Positions 8,545-16,913 of a DNA stretch of 31,541 bases are shown here, piece by piece. The stretch is from a virus. Its lineage: Duplodnaviria; Caudoviricetes. A program made the translations under genes and the position numbers. The notes below the pieces were generated by a model that saw only the letters and a program-made list of their open reading frames with translations, was not told the DNA's origin and did no database searches. Numbering within the stretch: position 1 is the stretch's first letter; each line of letters starts with the position of its first letter. The stretch spans positions 1 through 31,541 of IMG/VR virus record IMGVR_UViG_3300020042_004001. One strand, written 5' to 3'.

Positions 8545-9276
8545 ATGTTGATTGACGAAGAACAAGAGCCGCTAGGCGAACTCGAAACCGAGGAGAAAAA
8601 ATCCTCTGAACTTCCGGACAAGTACCGGGCTAAAAGTTTGGAAGAAGTTGTACGGATGCACCAAGAGGCTGAAAAGTTGATTGGCAAGCAGGCCCAAGAA
8701 GTGGGCGAAGTTCGTAAACTTGCTGACGAGTTACTGAAGCAAAATCTCGGTTCTAAGCAACAACAGGTAGATGCAGAACCCGAAGTTGACTTTTTTGAGA
8801 ACCCTCAAAAAGCAGTTCAAGCGACGATTGATAGGCATCCCGACGTTCTCGCGGCCAGACAAGCTGGTCAAGACTTCAGACGGATGCAGATTCAGCAGAA
8901 GCTAACGCAAGAGCATCCGGACTACACCAAAGTGGCGCAAGACCCGGACTTCCAGACATGGGTGAAATCCTCACCCATTCGTCAGGGACTCTACGCAAGA
9001 GCAGATGCTGATTTTGACTATGATTCGGCAAATGAATTGTTGTCCACCTACAAAGAACTGCGCGGCGTCAAGACAAAACAGACTTCAGATGCTGGTGAAA
9101 CCCGGCGCAAATCAAGTCTCCAAGCTGCGGCTGTTGATGTGGGCGGAAGTGGAGAATCAGGGAAAAGAGTCTACCGACGGGCTGATCTAATTCGGCTCAA
9201 GATGACTGACCCAGACCGTTATGACGCGCTAAGTAATGAAATCATGCAAGCGTATTCTGACGGCAGGGTGAGATAA
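8545..9276 (+). CDS. Capsid scaffolding protein
   Basis: Acidic N-terminus, LPDKYRAKS.EEVVRMHQEAEKLIGKQAQEVGEVRK, ends EIMQAYSDGRVR. Directly precedes the capsid gene. AGGA RBS before ATG 8545. Confidence 0.85.
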   Translation: MLIDEEQEPLGELETEEKKSSELPDKYRAKSLEEVVRMHQEAEKLIGKQAQEVGEVRKLADELLKQNLGSKQQQVDAEPEVDFFENPQKAVQATIDRHPDVLAARQAGQDFRRMQIQQKLTQEHPDYTKVAQDPDFQTWVKSSPIRQGLYARADADFDYDSANELLSTYKELRGVKTKQTSDAGETRRKSSLQAAAVDVGGSGESGKRVYRRADLIRLKMTDPDRYDALSNEIMQAYSDGRVR

Positions 9277-9305
9277 TTTAACCACTGTTTTTTTGGAGTT
9301 TTATC

Positions 9306-10247
9306 ATGCCATTTCCTACCCCCGCAGTAACCGTCACGACGGCGGCTACTTTTATCCCCGAAATTTGGTCAGACGAAATTGTTGCGGCATACAAGAAGAA
9401 CCTAGTTCTTGCCAATGCCGTGATGAAGATGAGTTTCAAAGGCAAGAAAGGTGATACCGTTCACGTTCCTGCCCCGACTCGCGGCTCTGCGTCTGCCAAG
9501 GCTGCATCAACTGCTGTTACTCTGATTGCTGCAACTGAGACTGAAGTCACGATCAGTATCAACAAGCACTATGAGTACAGCCGCTTGATTGAGGACATCG
9601 TTGAGGCACAGGCGCTGAACAGCCTGCGAAACTTCTACACCGCCGATGCGGGTTATGCGCTTGCAAAGCAGGTGGATACCGATCTGGTGCAGTTGGGTCG
9701 TAGCTTCAACGGCGGCGCGGGCACTAACGTCTATGCAACGGGTTCGTTTATTGGCGGCGATGGCACAAGTGCCTACGTTGCTGCCAGTAACAACGAGTCT
9801 GCACTGACCGATGCGGCCATTCGGCGAACCATCCAGCGCCTGGATGACAACGACACGCCGATGGACAATCGCTTCTTCCTGATCCCTCCGTCTAGCCGTA
9901 ACACGCTGATGGGCCTGTCTCGCTACACCGAGCAGGCTTTCGTGGGTAATGGAAATGCGATTCGGACTGGTGAAATCGGGCAGTTGTATGGTATCCCTGT
10001 GTTCACCTCTAGCAACTGCGACACCGCCAGTGGTTCCGCAGCGGCCCGAGTGTGTTTGATGGGCCACCGAGACGCAATGGTGCTGGTTGAGCAAGTCGCA
10101 GTGCGTTCGCAAGTGCAGTATCGGCAAGAGTACCTTGCCACGCTTTACACCGCAGACACACTGTATGGCGTTGCTAACCTCCGCGCTGCTGCGTCAACTG
10201 GTGCTGCGCTGTCGGCGTCGGCTTTCGCCTTGATTGTCCCGGCCTAA
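9306..10247 (+). CDS. Major capsid protein (HK97 fold)
   Basis: FIPEIWS, GDTVHVP, T..I.KH....LIEDI...Q, AGYALAKQVD, GEIG.LYG.PV..S, DTLYG motifs. GGAG RBS. Confidence 0.93.
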   Translation: MPFPTPAVTVTTAATFIPEIWSDEIVAAYKKNLVLANAVMKMSFKGKKGDTVHVPAPTRGSASAKAASTAVTLIAATETEVTISINKHYEYSRLIEDIVEAQALNSLRNFYTADAGYALAKQVDTDLVQLGRSFNGGAGTNVYATGSFIGGDGTSAYVAASNNESALTDAAIRRTIQRLDDNDTPMDNRFFLIPPSSRNTLMGLSRYTEQAFVGNGNAIRTGEIGQLYGIPVFTSSNCDTASGSAAARVCLMGHRDAMVLVEQVAVRSQVQYRQEYLATLYTADTLYGVANLRAAASTGAALSASAFALIVPA

Positions 10248-10254
10248 TGTGATT

Positions 10255-10276
10255 GCCCCCTGCTTAGGCGGGGGGC
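10255..10276 (+). promoter_or_regulatory. GC-rich hairpin after the capsid stop, no U-tract (mRNA 3' stabiliser or weak attenuator)
   Basis: GCCCCCTGC-TTAG-GCGGGGGGC, 9 pairs including one G.U. Confidence 0.6.
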
Positions 10277-10300
10277 GTCTAAACTTAACGGAGAATCAAA

Positions 10301-10624
10301 ATGGCTGCTGCTACCGCTGTAACATCCCGCCGAGGGAATGACCAATTCCGAGGCTTGTTTTCAGATACTTGGTCTGTTGTCGCTACGCTTGACGCGGCAT
10401 CGCTCGCAGATGGCGTTGGCGAAACTAATACGATTGCCGTTCCTGGCGTCGCGCTCGGTGACATTGTGCTGAATCTCAGCATGGGTGTCGATCTTGCTGG
10501 CCTCACCGTCACACCGTATGTCAGTGCTGCCAATGCGGTGTCAATTCGTTTTCAAAACGAATCTACCGCTACTGTGAACTTAGCAAGCACTACTGTGCGT
10601 TGCGTTATTGTTCGTTTGGTCTAA
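10301..10624 (+). CDS. Putative capsid decoration/cement protein
   Basis: 107 aa beta-rich (T.D.ASLADG.G....IAVPGVALGD.V...AYVSAAN.V..RF.N-type pattern), GGAG RBS, lies between the capsid gene and the terminator. Confidence 0.7.
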   Translation: MAAATAVTSRRGNDQFRGLFSDTWSVVATLDAASLADGVGETNTIAVPGVALGDIVLNLSMGVDLAGLTVTPYVSAANAVSIRFQNESTATVNLASTTVRCVIVRLV

Positions 10625-10626
10625 AC

Positions 10627-10652
10627 GGGGGGGCTTCGGCCCTCCCTTTTTT
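10627..10652 (+). terminator. Rho-independent terminator with cUUCGg tetraloop
   Basis: GGGGGGGC-TTCG-GCCCTCCC-TTTTTT immediately after the stop at 10624. Confidence 0.9.
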
Positions 10653-10664
10653 GTCAGGAAAATC

Positions 10665-10847
10665 ATGGTAACTTTCCGCTGTTTGCAGTCAGGCAACACT
10701 GTGACATTTACCCATCAAGTAGACATTGACTCGATGCGCGGTCATCCAGGCTATGTGCGTCTGGACGAGGCCGAGCCTAAACCGCTGCCCACGCTAAACC
10801 AGCCCAAGAAAATGGGCAGGCCGCGTAAATCAACTGTTGAAGGATAG
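10665..10847 (+). CDS. Small protein with C-terminal AT-hook-like motif
   Basis: AGGA RBS, ATG 10665. MVTFRCLQSGNTVTF...PKKMGRPRKS. Confidence 0.75.
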   Translation: MVTFRCLQSGNTVTFTHQVDIDSMRGHPGYVRLDEAEPKPLPTLNQPKKMGRPRKSTVEG

Positions 10848-10850
10848 ATC

Positions 10851-10985
10851 ATGTACGGTAAAAAAATGCCCGCTAAAAAGGCCATGCCAGTAACCATCAT
10901 GGTTGCTGTTGGCAAGCCCAAGCTGCCTGTGCGTGGGCAGCGCACCGCTACCAATATGGCGACCAAGGCCAAACGAGGCAAGTAA
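10851..10985 (+). CDS. 44-aa Lys-rich protein (not in the ORF track)
   Basis: MYGKKMPAKKAMPVTIMVAVGKPKLPVRGQRTATNMATKAKRGK. AAGGA RBS, TAATG overlap with the next gene. Confidence 0.7.
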   Translation: MYGKKMPAKKAMPVTIMVAVGKPKLPVRGQRTATNMATKAKRGK

Positions 10986-11158
10986 TGAAAAGCAAAGTCA
11001 ACCAAGCAGCCGTCTACACCAAGCCGACTATGCGGAAGGCTTTGTTTGAGCGGATTAAGGCCGGTACAAAAGGGGGCGACCCCGGTGAATGGTCGGCACG
11101 CAAAGCCCAACTTTTGGCGAATGAGTACAAAAAAGCTGGCGGGGGGTACAAGTCGTGA
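10985..11158 (+). CDS. 57-aa basic protein, DUF5872-like N-terminal half (not in the ORF track)
   Basis: YTKPTMRKALFERIKAGTKGGDPGEWSARKAQLLANEYKKAGGGYKS. GAGG RBS. Confidence 0.8.
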   Translation: MKSKVNQAAVYTKPTMRKALFERIKAGTKGGDPGEWSARKAQLLANEYKKAGGGYKS

Positions 11159-11304
11159 GTAAAAGTGCAACCCACTATCTGCCCAGCGGGAAAGCCTATT
11201 CAGGCCCGGTACACAAAGCGGGCGGCACGTTGATGACCGGCGCAAAGCACACTGCCCAGAGTAAAAACCTCACGCACACGCCGCCAAAAAAGGTGAAGAA
11301 ATGA
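11155..11304 (+). CDS. 49-aa His/Lys-rich protein (not in the ORF track)
   Basis: MSKSATHYLPSGKAYSGPVHKAGGTLMTGAKHTAQSKNLTHTPPKKVKK. GTGA and ATGA overlaps at the two ends. Confidence 0.7.
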   Translation: MSKSATHYLPSGKAYSGPVHKAGGTLMTGAKHTAQSKNLTHTPPKKVKK

Positions 11305-11534
11305 AAGCCCCCCAACAGTCCCTCAAAGACTGGGGGAACCAGAATTGGCGTACCAAGTCGGGCAAACCCTCATCCAAGACGGGCGAGCGTTATCTGCCTG
11401 ATGCGGCGATAAAAGCCTTGACTCCCGCCGAGTACGCAGCAACAACCAAGGCCAAGAGACAAGGCACGAAAGCCGGTAAACAATTTGTTAAGCAGCCCAA
11501 GGCAATCGCTAAGAAAACGGCGGGATACAGATGA
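11301..11534 (+). CDS. Basic protein, DUF5872-like C-terminal half
   Basis: QQSLKDW..QNWRTKSGK......RYLP..A...LTPAEYAAT...KR.G...GKQFV. Confidence 0.8.
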   Translation: MKAPQQSLKDWGNQNWRTKSGKPSSKTGERYLPDAAIKALTPAEYAATTKAKRQGTKAGKQFVKQPKAIAKKTAGYR

Positions 11535-11824
11535 AAACACCAGCGTGGCAACGAAAAGAGGGCCAAGCTAAGACGGGTGGCTTAAACGCGAAAGGCCGTT
11601 CGTCCTATAATGCGGAGACTGGCGGCACGTTAAAAGCCCCAGTTAAGTCAGGCGACAACCCTCGTAGGGCCTCCTTTTTAGCACGCATGGGCAATATGCC
11701 TGGGCCTGAGTACAAAGGTGGCGAACCTACTCGCTTGCTCTTGTCCCTGAAGGCTTGGGGTGCATCGTCCAAGGAGGATGCTAAATCCAAGGCCAAGGCA
11801 ATCAGCGCAAGGAACAAGAAATGA
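11531..11824 (+). CDS. Basic phage protein (DUF6321-like as I recall the motif)
   Basis: TPAWQRKEG....GGLNAKGR.SY......LKAPV.....RRASF.ARM. ATGA overlaps on both sides. Confidence 0.75.
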   Translation: MKTPAWQRKEGQAKTGGLNAKGRSSYNAETGGTLKAPVKSGDNPRRASFLARMGNMPGPEYKGGEPTRLLLSLKAWGASSKEDAKSKAKAISARNKK

Positions 11825-12468
11825 CTTACCTCCAGCTTATCAATAGTGTGCTGATCCGCTTGCGTGAAACGCAGGTATCGACCAACAACGAGACCAGCTA
11901 TTCGACGCTGATCGGCCTGTTTGTTAACGATGCCAAACGCCAGATCGAGGACGCTTTTAGCTGGAACGTGCTGAGCACTACCGTCACCATCACCACGGTG
12001 GCCGCTACCTACATCTACTCGATGACGGGTGCAGGGCAGAAGTTCCAGGTGCAAGACGCAATCAATACTACATCGAACATCGGCCTGCAAAACATCAGTT
12101 TTGTAGAGATGAACCGCTATCAGAATCTTGTGCCCACTACAAACGGGCTTCCGCAGTATTACTCTTTTGACGGGGTAGACGCCAGCGGAGACACTAAGGT
12201 GGTGCTGTACCCCCGCCCGGATGGGGTCTACAACGTCCCGTTTTCCGTGACGGTGCCCCAGGCTGAACTGGCCGCAGACGCCACTTCCGTGCTTGTACCT
12301 GACTTCCTGGTGGTGCAAAACGCCTACGCACGGGCGCTGGTGGAGCGCGGTGAAGACGGCGGCTTGAATTCATCCGAGGCTTACAACCTATACAAAGGTA
12401 TGCTGGCCGACCAGATCGCGCTGGAAGGCACGCGCTACCCAGAAAACCAAGAGTTTGTTGCCATATGA
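11821..12468 (+). CDS. Head-tail adaptor / tail tubular protein A
   Basis: MTYLQLINSVLIRLRE...FVNDAKRQIEDA..W..L and G.P.YY...........LYP.PD..Y patterns. Size and position. Confidence 0.8.
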   Translation: MTYLQLINSVLIRLRETQVSTNNETSYSTLIGLFVNDAKRQIEDAFSWNVLSTTVTITTVAATYIYSMTGAGQKFQVQDAINTTSNIGLQNISFVEMNRYQNLVPTTNGLPQYYSFDGVDASGDTKVVLYPRPDGVYNVPFSVTVPQAELAADATSVLVPDFLVVQNAYARALVERGEDGGLNSSEAYNLYKGMLADQIALEGTRYPENQEFVAI

Positions 12469-14279
12469 GCCAAGCCCTGCAAACAGCCAGCATTTCAGCG
12501 CCAGGATTCTTTGGGCTGAATACGCAGGACTCGCCGCTTGACTTGGCGGCTGGCTTTGCTTTGGTTGCCACGAACTGCGTAATCGACAAGTTTGGTCGTA
12601 TCGGCTCGCGCAAGGGCTGGTCGCGGGTTAACGCATCTGCTGGCACCTTGGGTGCAAATGCTCCAGGCGTTATCCATGAGCTAGTGCAGACTGACGGAAC
12701 CCTGACAATCCTGTTCTCGGGCAACAACAAGTTGTTTACGCTGGACGGCTCTAACGCCGTGGTTGAATTGACCTACGGGGGCGGGGGCGTTGCCCCGGTT
12801 ATCACGGCCAATAACTGGGCGTGCGCTTCGCTCAACGGCATCACTTACTTTTTCCAAGAAGGCTATGACCCGCTGATCTTTGACCCGGCAGTCAGCACCA
12901 CAACATTTAGGCGCGTCAGCGAAAAGACGGGTTACGCTGGTACTGTGCCTTTGGGCAACATCGTCATCAGCGCCTACGGGCGGCTCTGGGTGGCCGACAC
13001 CACTACCGACAACACCACGGTTTCCTTCTCTGATTTGCTGTCGGGCCACGTTTGGACTGGCGGCACTTCGGGCACGCTGAACGTCAATCAAGTCTGGCCT
13101 GCTGGCGCGGACAATATCACTGGCTTGGCGGCGCATAACAACTTCCTTATCATCTTCGCCCAACGCCAGATTTTGGTGTATTCGGGGGCGACTACGCCTT
13201 CGACAATAACGCTGTCTGACACCGTGGCTGGTATCGGGTGCATTGCCAGGGACTCGATTCAAAGCACGGGCAAAGATGTTCTGTTTTTGTCTAACTCTGG
13301 TGTGAGGTCGCTTGCCCGGACTGTGCTTGAGAAGTCTGTTCCGATTGGTGATCTGTCGAAAAATGTTCGCAGTGATTTCATGAACATCGTTTCAGGTGAA
13401 ACGCTTGCGAATATCAAGTCGGTCTATTCTGAAACGGAAGCGTTCTACTTAGTAACACTGCCGCTTGCCGCAGCGGTGTTTTGTTTTGACACCCGTGGGA
13501 ATTTGCAAGATGGATCGCTCAGAGCTACCACTTGGGATTCAATCCAGCCTTCAGCGTTGCTGTCCAGGCGCAACGGCGATTTGCTGCTGGGCAAAACAAG
13601 TTACATCGCAAAGTATTCCGGCTCACAAGACGATACCTCGCCTTATCGTTTGCAGTATTACACAAACCACGCTGACCTTGGCAACGCCAACGTCACCTCG
13701 CTACTCAAGCGGTTGAAGGTGGTGGTGATCGGCGGCACAAACCAGTTTGTGACAATAAAGTGGGGATTTGATTTTTCCACTAACTACTTGTCGGATAACG
13801 CTCTGATACCGACGCAAGGCATTTCCGAGTATGGCATTGCGGAGTATGACAATCCAGATGGTCAGGTAGTGACCATTACTAATGCAAGCCCATCAGTAAT
13901 TACCTCTGTTGATTTATCTGCGTTTGTAAACAACAACACAGTTACTCTTACAACAACTGGAACTTTGCCAACAGGATTTAGTGTTTTAACCACTTACTAT
14001 ATTATTAACGCATCTACCAACACTTGTAATTTGTCTCTAACGCCGTCACCCGGAACGGCGATAAACACAAGCAGTTCTGGTTCTGGAACGCACACCCTGC
14101 AACACATCCACCCTACGGTAGTTGCCCAGTATTCAGGCGGCGTAGCCTTGCAAACTTTGAGCGTATCTGCTTCGGGCAGCGGTAAAATCGTGCAAACGGG
14201 CTACGAGTCTGACATTAACGGCGCGGCGTTGTCTATTCAACGGATTGAAATTCAATCAAAAAACGGAAAGACGGTATGA
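12465..14279 (+). CDS. Tail nozzle / tail tubular protein B (P22 gp10 or T7 gp12-like beta-propeller) with an inserted domain near the C-terminus
   Basis: PGF.GLNT.DSP, A.NC.ID..G.I..RKG, GRLWV, GIGCIARDSI...G.DV.FLS..GVRSL motifs. Follows the adaptor. Confidence 0.85.
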   Translation: MSQALQTASISAPGFFGLNTQDSPLDLAAGFALVATNCVIDKFGRIGSRKGWSRVNASAGTLGANAPGVIHELVQTDGTLTILFSGNNKLFTLDGSNAVVELTYGGGGVAPVITANNWACASLNGITYFFQEGYDPLIFDPAVSTTTFRRVSEKTGYAGTVPLGNIVISAYGRLWVADTTTDNTTVSFSDLLSGHVWTGGTSGTLNVNQVWPAGADNITGLAAHNNFLIIFAQRQILVYSGATTPSTITLSDTVAGIGCIARDSIQSTGKDVLFLSNSGVRSLARTVLEKSVPIGDLSKNVRSDFMNIVSGETLANIKSVYSETEAFYLVTLPLAAAVFCFDTRGNLQDGSLRATTWDSIQPSALLSRRNGDLLLGKTSYIAKYSGSQDDTSPYRLQYYTNHADLGNANVTSLLKRLKVVVIGGTNQFVTIKWGFDFSTNYLSDNALIPTQGISEYGIAEYDNPDGQVVTITNASPSVITSVDLSAFVNNNTVTLTTTGTLPTGFSVLTTYYIINASTNTCNLSLTPSPGTAINTSSSGSGTHTLQHIHPTVVAQYSGGVALQTLSVSASGSGKIVQTGYESDINGAALSIQRIEIQSKNGKTV

Positions 14280-15259
14280 GTAACTATACACAAAGCACCA
14301 ACTTCGCCACCAAAGATGCGCTTTCAAGCGGCGACCCGCTCAAGATCGTTAAGGGTACGGAGATCAACACTGAGTACGCCAACATCGCTATTGCGGTGGC
14401 AACAAAGGCTGATTTGGCATCGCCTACGTTTACTGGCACTGTGACGGGAACATTTGTCGGTAACGTAACCGGCACAGCATCTAATGTCACGACAAACGCT
14501 AACTTAACTGGTGGTGTTACCTCAGTTGGAAATGCTGCTACGGTAGTGACTAATGCGAACCTAACTGGTGATGTGACTTCGGTTGGAAATGCGACTACGT
14601 TAGCAAACACTGCTGTAGTAGCTGGAAGCTATACGACATCAAACATTACGGTTGATTCAAAGGGTAGGGTTACTTCTGCGGCAACAGGCTCGCCTGACGG
14701 TGCGTTACGCTCCATCCAAGTATTCACAGCCTCTGGCACTTATACCCGACCTGCGGGATTGGTGAGGGCGAAGATCACTGTGGTTGGGGGTGGGGGTAAT
14801 GGGACTACCGGCGGCGCCACTGCGGGAGGTGGTGGCGGGGGCGGCGGCGCCGCAATAAGGGTTGTTGAGTCGGCAACGCTCGGGGCATCGCAGACAGTAA
14901 CCGTAGGGGCGGCAGGAGCTACAAGTTCTTTGGGCACACTGGCATCTGCAACTGGTGGGGCTGTTGGTGCTTCAGCTGCGTCGGGTACTCCTGCCGCTGG
15001 CGGGTTGGGGTCTTCTGGCACGATAAATATCGGCGGCGGCGGGGGCGGTGCGGCGGGAGGGGCCTATACAGGAGGCATGGGCGGCAGCTCCATATTTGGC
15101 GGCGGCGGCGGCGGCGGAGGAGGGGGAACCACAGTGGGTGCTGGCGGGGCTGGACGCGCCCACGGTGGCGGCGGCGGCGGGGGTGGCGCTGACGGTACAG
15201 CCGGTGCGGCTGGCGGTGCTGGTGCCGCAGGTGTTGTCTTTGTCGAGGAGTTCTTCTGA
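14276..15259 (+). CDS. Tail fibre/needle protein with Gly-rich C-terminal domain
   Basis: N-terminal anchor (KGTEINTEYANIAIAVATKAD), AGSYTTSNITVDSKGRVTSA shaft repeat, QVFTASGTYT.PAG......VVGGGG Gly-rich domain ending G.V.VEEF. Confidence 0.85.
   Translation: MSNYTQSTNFATKDALSSGDPLKIVKGTEINTEYANIAIAVATKADLASPTFTGTVTGTFVGNVTGTASNVTTNANLTGGVTSVGNAATVVTNANLTGDVTSVGNATTLANTAVVAGSYTTSNITVDSKGRVTSAATGSPDGALRSIQVFTASGTYTRPAGLVRAKITVVGGGGNGTTGGATAGGGGGGGGAAIRVVESATLGASQTVTVGAAGATSSLGTLASATGGAVGASAASGTPAAGGLGSSGTINIGGGGGGAAGGAYTGGMGGSSIFGGGGGGGGGGTTVGAGGAGRAHGGGGGGGGADGTAGAAGGAGAAGVVFVEEFF
14492..14599 (+). repeat. 57-bp-period imperfect tandem duplication (TNANLTG[GD]VTSVGNA x2)
   Basis: Units begin at 14492 and 14549 and differ mostly at third codon positions. 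Confidence 0.85.
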
Positions 15260-15558
15260 TGAAAAAAGCCCTGGTATTTGAAGGCCAGATCGTACAGATC
15301 GAGTCTGTGTCCTTCCCCGTTGCCCCGGCGTTAATCTGGGTTGATGTAGCTGATGACGTAAGAATGGAAACTCATGAGTTTGATGGTACTGCGATTGTGC
15401 TGAAGCCACCCGCGCCCTTACTAGTCTACAAACAACTCCGCGCAACAGCCTACCCACCAGCGACTGATTACTTAGATGGCATCGTCAAAGGTGATGCAGC
15501 ACAGGTGCAGGCTTATGTGGCTGCTTGTTTAGCAGTCAAGGCCAAGTATCCAAAATGA
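15259..15558 (+). CDS. Tail fibre assembly-like protein
   Basis: GAGGAG RBS. Y...R..AYP...DYLD.IVK..........CLAVKAKYPK is a pattern typical of small genes after phage fibres. Confidence 0.7.
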   Translation: MKKALVFEGQIVQIESVSFPVAPALIWVDVADDVRMETHEFDGTAIVLKPPAPLLVYKQLRATAYPPATDYLDGIVKGDAAQVQAYVAACLAVKAKYPK

Positions 15559-15860
15559 ACCAGCCTGATATTCTTCATCACTTTAGCAATGGTCTGTACG
15601 CAAAAGAATCTCGTTTTAGCGCGGGCATGGCTATCTTGAAGCACACTCATAGCTTTAGCCATCTGTCTATTCTTGCCGCTGGCAAGGTCGCGGTGTTGCG
15701 AGGGGCAGAGATTGACATTGTTGACGCTCCAGCATGTATTGAAATTAAGGCTGGCCTGACGCATGGCGTCAAAGCTATCACTGACTGCGTTTGGTTTTGT
15801 ATTCACGCCACTGACGAGGCTGACCCGTCAAAAGTGGACGAAATTTTGATCGGAGCTTAA
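15555..15860 (+). CDS. Cupin-fold (RmlC-like) protein
   Basis: HHFSNGLYAKE....G....KHTH...HLSIL..G.V......AP.......G..H.V.A.TD.VW.CIHAT. ATGA overlap at 15555. Confidence 0.8.
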   Translation: MNQPDILHHFSNGLYAKESRFSAGMAILKHTHSFSHLSILAAGKVAVLRGAEIDIVDAPACIEIKAGLTHGVKAITDCVWFCIHATDEADPSKVDEILIGA

Positions 15861-15861
15861 T

Positions 15862-16911
15862 ATGCTGGAGTTTCTACTTCCTGCGGCAGCATCATTGTTT
15901 GGCGGCATGATGGCGGGCGAGTCTGCCGCAGACGCTGCCAACACCCAAGCCCAAGCGCAACGTGACGCCGCACGGATCGCCGCTGAAGAATCTAGGTTCC
16001 GACCTCTTGGGATAACAACACGCTTCGGGCAGTCGCAGTTCCAGACTGGGCCGGATGGCCGCGTGTCGGGTGCTAGTTACAGCCTAGACCCCACGTTGCG
16101 TGGCTATCAAGATCGGTTCATGGGTTTGGCTGGTGGTGGGCTATCCCAGGCAGAGCAAGCCCAACAGCAGTTTGCCCCGCTCCAGGGCGCGGCGCAGGGT
16201 CTGTTCGGCCTGGGCCAGCAGTACCTAGCGCAGTCGCCGCAACAGGCCGCGCAGCAGTACATGGCGCAACAGCAAGAGTTGTTAGCCCCTAGCCGCGAAC
16301 GCCAGTTCTCGCAACTGCAAAACCAACTATTCCAAACTGGCCGGGGTGGTTTGGCTGTAGGCGCTACGGGCGCTCGCCCAAGCGGTGCGGCGGGCCTGGG
16401 CGCAGCAAGCCCCGAGATGGAAGCCTACTACAACGCGCTCGCCCAGCAAGACGCGCAACTAGCGGCAGGGGCACAGCAAGCAGGCCAGCAACAGACTGCC
16501 TTCGGCGCGGGCTTGTTCGGCACGGCTGGCAACCTGCTCACGCAAGGCTACGGCGGGCAGGTAAGCGCCCTGTCACCGTATCAAGCCTATCTGCAAGGTG
16601 CTACCGGCCTTGAATCCCTTGGTCAGCAGCCGCTAGAGTTGGGGTCTGCGTTGGGCGGTCGGATTGCTAACCCGTATGGTGGCAGATCGTTGCTAGAGGG
16701 TGGTACGGCTGCGGCAGGCGCTCAAGCCAGGGCAGACGCCTACAATCCGTTTGCCACTGCGCTGACGCAAGCCAGCCGGAATCCTGACTTGCAAAGGGGG
16801 TTGAGTAACGCCTTTGGCAATAAGCCAGCGGTCAGCGGTTTTGACTATAGGGGCTACGGTGCAGGTACCAATCCGTTTAGCGGCGAATACATGGGTTCTT
16901 TGGAGTTCTAA
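15862..16911 (+). CDS. Internal virion / DNA ejection protein 1
   Basis: Gly/Ala hydrophobic N-terminus, Gln/Ala/Gly-rich helical body, first of three large genes after the tail genes. Confidence 0.7.
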   Translation: MLEFLLPAAASLFGGMMAGESAADAANTQAQAQRDAARIAAEESRFRPLGITTRFGQSQFQTGPDGRVSGASYSLDPTLRGYQDRFMGLAGGGLSQAEQAQQQFAPLQGAAQGLFGLGQQYLAQSPQQAAQQYMAQQQELLAPSRERQFSQLQNQLFQTGRGGLAVGATGARPSGAAGLGAASPEMEAYYNALAQQDAQLAAGAQQAGQQQTAFGAGLFGTAGNLLTQGYGGQVSALSPYQAYLQGATGLESLGQQPLELGSALGGRIANPYGGRSLLEGGTAAAGAQARADAYNPFATALTQASRNPDLQRGLSNAFGNKPAVSGFDYRGYGAGTNPFSGEYMGSLEF

Positions 16912-16913
16912 TC

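Noticed and set aside
10245-10303. Stop read-through or frameshift fusing capsid to the next gene (T7 10A/10B style)
   Set aside because: The downstream gene is out of frame with simple read-through, has its own GGAG RBS, and I saw no slippery heptamer at the capsid 3' end
15030-15190. GGC-rich runs as a contingency microsatellite
   Set aside because: Explained by poly-Gly codons of the Gly-rich fibre domain, with mixed synonymous codons
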